Below are positions 36,487-37,971 of a stretch of 37,971 bases of DNA, piece by piece; within the stretch, counting starts at the first letter, position 1, and each line of letters begins with the position of its first letter. Under the pieces are notes generated by a model. That model was not told the origin of the DNA. It worked only from the letters and a program-made list of their open reading frames with translations, and did no database searches. The position numbers and the translations under genes were made by a program. This stretch comes from Chiloscyllium plagiosum (Eukaryota): assembly GCF_004010195.1 (NCBI RefSeq), contig NC_057752.1, positions 9,495,323-9,533,293 of the forward strand, written 5' to 3'.

Positions 36487-36669
36487 TTTATTTTTTTTTC
36501 AGTGAAAGACACAGTGCACGAATCTTTATTCAAATTCCACCACCGGGAAGATAGGAAAACACCCGGGTGGCCAGTGACAAACACTGCCCTTCACATCAGA
36601 GGGCAGTGCTGTGTGATCAAAACAGTGAGGGGGAGGGTAGGGACTAAATCAAAATAGAGTTGGAGGGAG
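36487..36669 (-). mobile_element. Tx1 3' fragment polyadenylated at the proximal AATAAA
   Basis: Same 3'UTR (gggtggccagtgacaaacactgcccttcacatc...gggactaaatcaaaatagagttggaggga). Flanked by exact CAAACTGTTGTTC at 36474 and 36670. Confidence 0.85.
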
Positions 36670-36746
36670 CAAACTGTTGTTCGTTTTTTTTTTTTTTTTA
36701 CACTCACAATAGGCAAACACTCAAGTGGCCAGTGACCAAACTGTTC

Positions 36747-37042
36747 TTTTTTTAATAATTCAACCCCCACACTACCACCTAAGTGCGGTAGTGCTTATTT
36801 TATCCCCAGCACCCATGGTGTGTGTGTGCAGGTGTGAGACACAGTGGAAGACACAAAGTGCACCAATCTTTATTCAATTTCCACCACCAGGAAGATAGGA
36901 AAACACCCGGGTGGCCAGTGACAAGCACTGCCCTTCACATCAAAGGGCAGTGCTGTGTGATCAAAACAGTGAAGGGGAGGGTAGGGACTAAATCAAAATA
37001 GAGTTGGAGGGAGAAATAATGCACTCCACTCCCTGCTGCGCC
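36747..37042 (-). mobile_element. Tx1 3' fragment (last ~17 ORF2 codons plus full 3'UTR and poly(A))
   Basis: Near-identical to 34232-34478 plus 34801-34853. Bounded by caaactgttc (36737-36746) and caaactgttgttc (37043-37055). Confidence 0.85.
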
Positions 37043-37158
37043 CAAACTGTTGTTCTTGTCTGTCAGCTAGGGCTCCCTGATTGGACCAGATTAATAGCTG
37101 TAATTAGGGAACTCCTATTCTGAGGTCCATCTGGCTGTTCTCATTACAATCACCCACA

Positions 37159-37971
37159 TCCTTCCCCCTCTGAGTCAGAGGACATAGGCCTGTTCTTTTT
37201 TATTTCTCCTTGTGGTTCCTCCTGCACCGGTTCGAGTTTCTCCAACTCTGCCTGTGGTGCACAGTCGCTCACCTCTTGCATCCAGAGCATTGTTATACCT
37301 CTAGTAGAGTTGCTAATCAAATAGGAACTGGGATAGTTTGGTATCTAGTAAAGCTGTAGGCTGTTTCTTTTAGCCAGCCTTCAAAGTTTGGACTGCACTT
37401 TCTTTCAGACAAACGGTTGATGGATGGCATGGAGCTGTCCTTGTACGCTGAATACCATTCGACTTTAGGGAATTCTCTAATTCTAAATGATGGCCTGTTA
37501 TCTGTGACCAGCACTTCTGGGAATCTGTATATTGCAAACGATGCACACAGTTTTTCTATCATCTTTCCCGTGTTTGACAAATGAACTCTGCGCGTTCAGT
37601 GACATTGAGTGGGCGACTACAGTGACTGAACATAAAGTCCATGATGTGGGGGAGCTGCTACCAGTTATTTTTGTGTTTGTTGGCACCCTGGGCACTATCC
37701 CCATCAATGCGGCTATGGCTTCATTCAGTCCTGGTTACCAGACATAACGTCTTGTCAACGTCTTCATTTTGGATACCCCTGGATGACCCCGGTGGTGTTC
37801 AGCCAGTATCTGGCAGCGACCTTTGCTCAGGACAATCACTCTTGCTCCCATAATCATGTGTCATCCTGTACTGTGATCTGGTCTGTGTCCAAAAAAGTTT
37901 CAATTCTTTGGGTGAAGATTTGTAGCTCGGGTGCTCGTTGTTGTGGTTCTGTTCACCGAGCTGGAAATTTT
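37159..37971 (-). mobile_element. Degenerate Gypsy/Ty3 pol, integrase region, plus PPT
   Basis: Minus-strand reading gives LAEHHRGHPGVSKMKTLTRRYVW*PGL...CPGCQ (integrase H2C2 zinc domain) and IEKLCASFAIYRFPEVLVTDNRPSF (rve core), with stops and frameshifts. Runs off the window end. Confidence 0.85.

Larger units (their letters stand above)
33796..37042 (-). repeat. Tandem stack of ~8 co-oriented poly(A)-tailed retro-insertions at one target site inside a Gypsy LTR
   Basis: Plus-strand T-tracts start units at ~33796, 34026, 34195, 34232, 35572, 36487, 36684 and 36747. Junction repeats are CAAACTGTTGTTC-type at 35558, 36474, 36670, 36737, 37043 and CACTCCTGTT-type at 33785, 34018, 34224. Confidence 0.85.
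32740..37158 (-). mobile_element. Fragmented 3' LTR of a Gypsy/Ty3 element (pieces 32740-32804, 33719-33795, duplicated 33975-34027, 37043-37158)
   Basis: TG at 32740 and CA at 37157-37158. The polypurine tract on the minus strand (agagggggaagga, 37159-37171) abuts the TG. AATAAA on the minus strand near 33727-33732 and CCAAT near 37079-37084. The left boundary is partly inferred. Confidence 0.7.

Noticed and set aside
35558..37055. CRISPR array (short direct repeats separating variable inserts)
   Set aside because: The repeats are only ~13 bp, the inserts range from ~50 to ~900 bp and carry poly(A) tails, there are no cas genes, and the context is vertebrate. TSDs from retrotransposition explain the pattern.
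31000..37971. Next CERS exon (expected PW.W....CW..YP.Q motif)
   Set aside because: Not found by eye; it probably lies beyond the window. The first coding exon is likewise not seen upstream of 18026.

Overview
Eukaryotic, repeat-rich genomic DNA that looks elasmobranch (shark), judged from HE1-like tRNA SINEs, DeuSINE/SacSINE1-like elements, CR1 LINEs and Penelope-type hammerhead-bearing repeats. The window lies inside a + strand ceramide synthase gene (CERS5 most likely, CERS6 possible) and holds three phase-compatible coding exons at 18026-18131, 25611-25741 and 30914-30971. The most striking structure is in the intron after the last exon. A Gypsy 3' LTR (TG at 32740, CA at 37158, PPT and degenerate integrase beyond) is split by a ~3.25 kb head-to-tail stack of about eight co-oriented, poly(A)-tailed retro-insertions at one site (33796-37042). 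The units are separated by recurring target-site duplications (CAAACTGTTGTTC-type x5, CACTCCTGTT-type x3). Six units are 5'-truncated 3' ends of a Tx1-clade non-LTR retrotransposon or short relatives, one is a processed cellular mRNA (REX1BD/C19orf60 retrocopy with an open 152-aa ORF), and one is of unknown origin. This suggests an LTR-targeting, site-specific Tx1 element that serially deposits its own and host RNAs into a possibly polarised array. Family assignments are from recognition of motifs, not from database searches.
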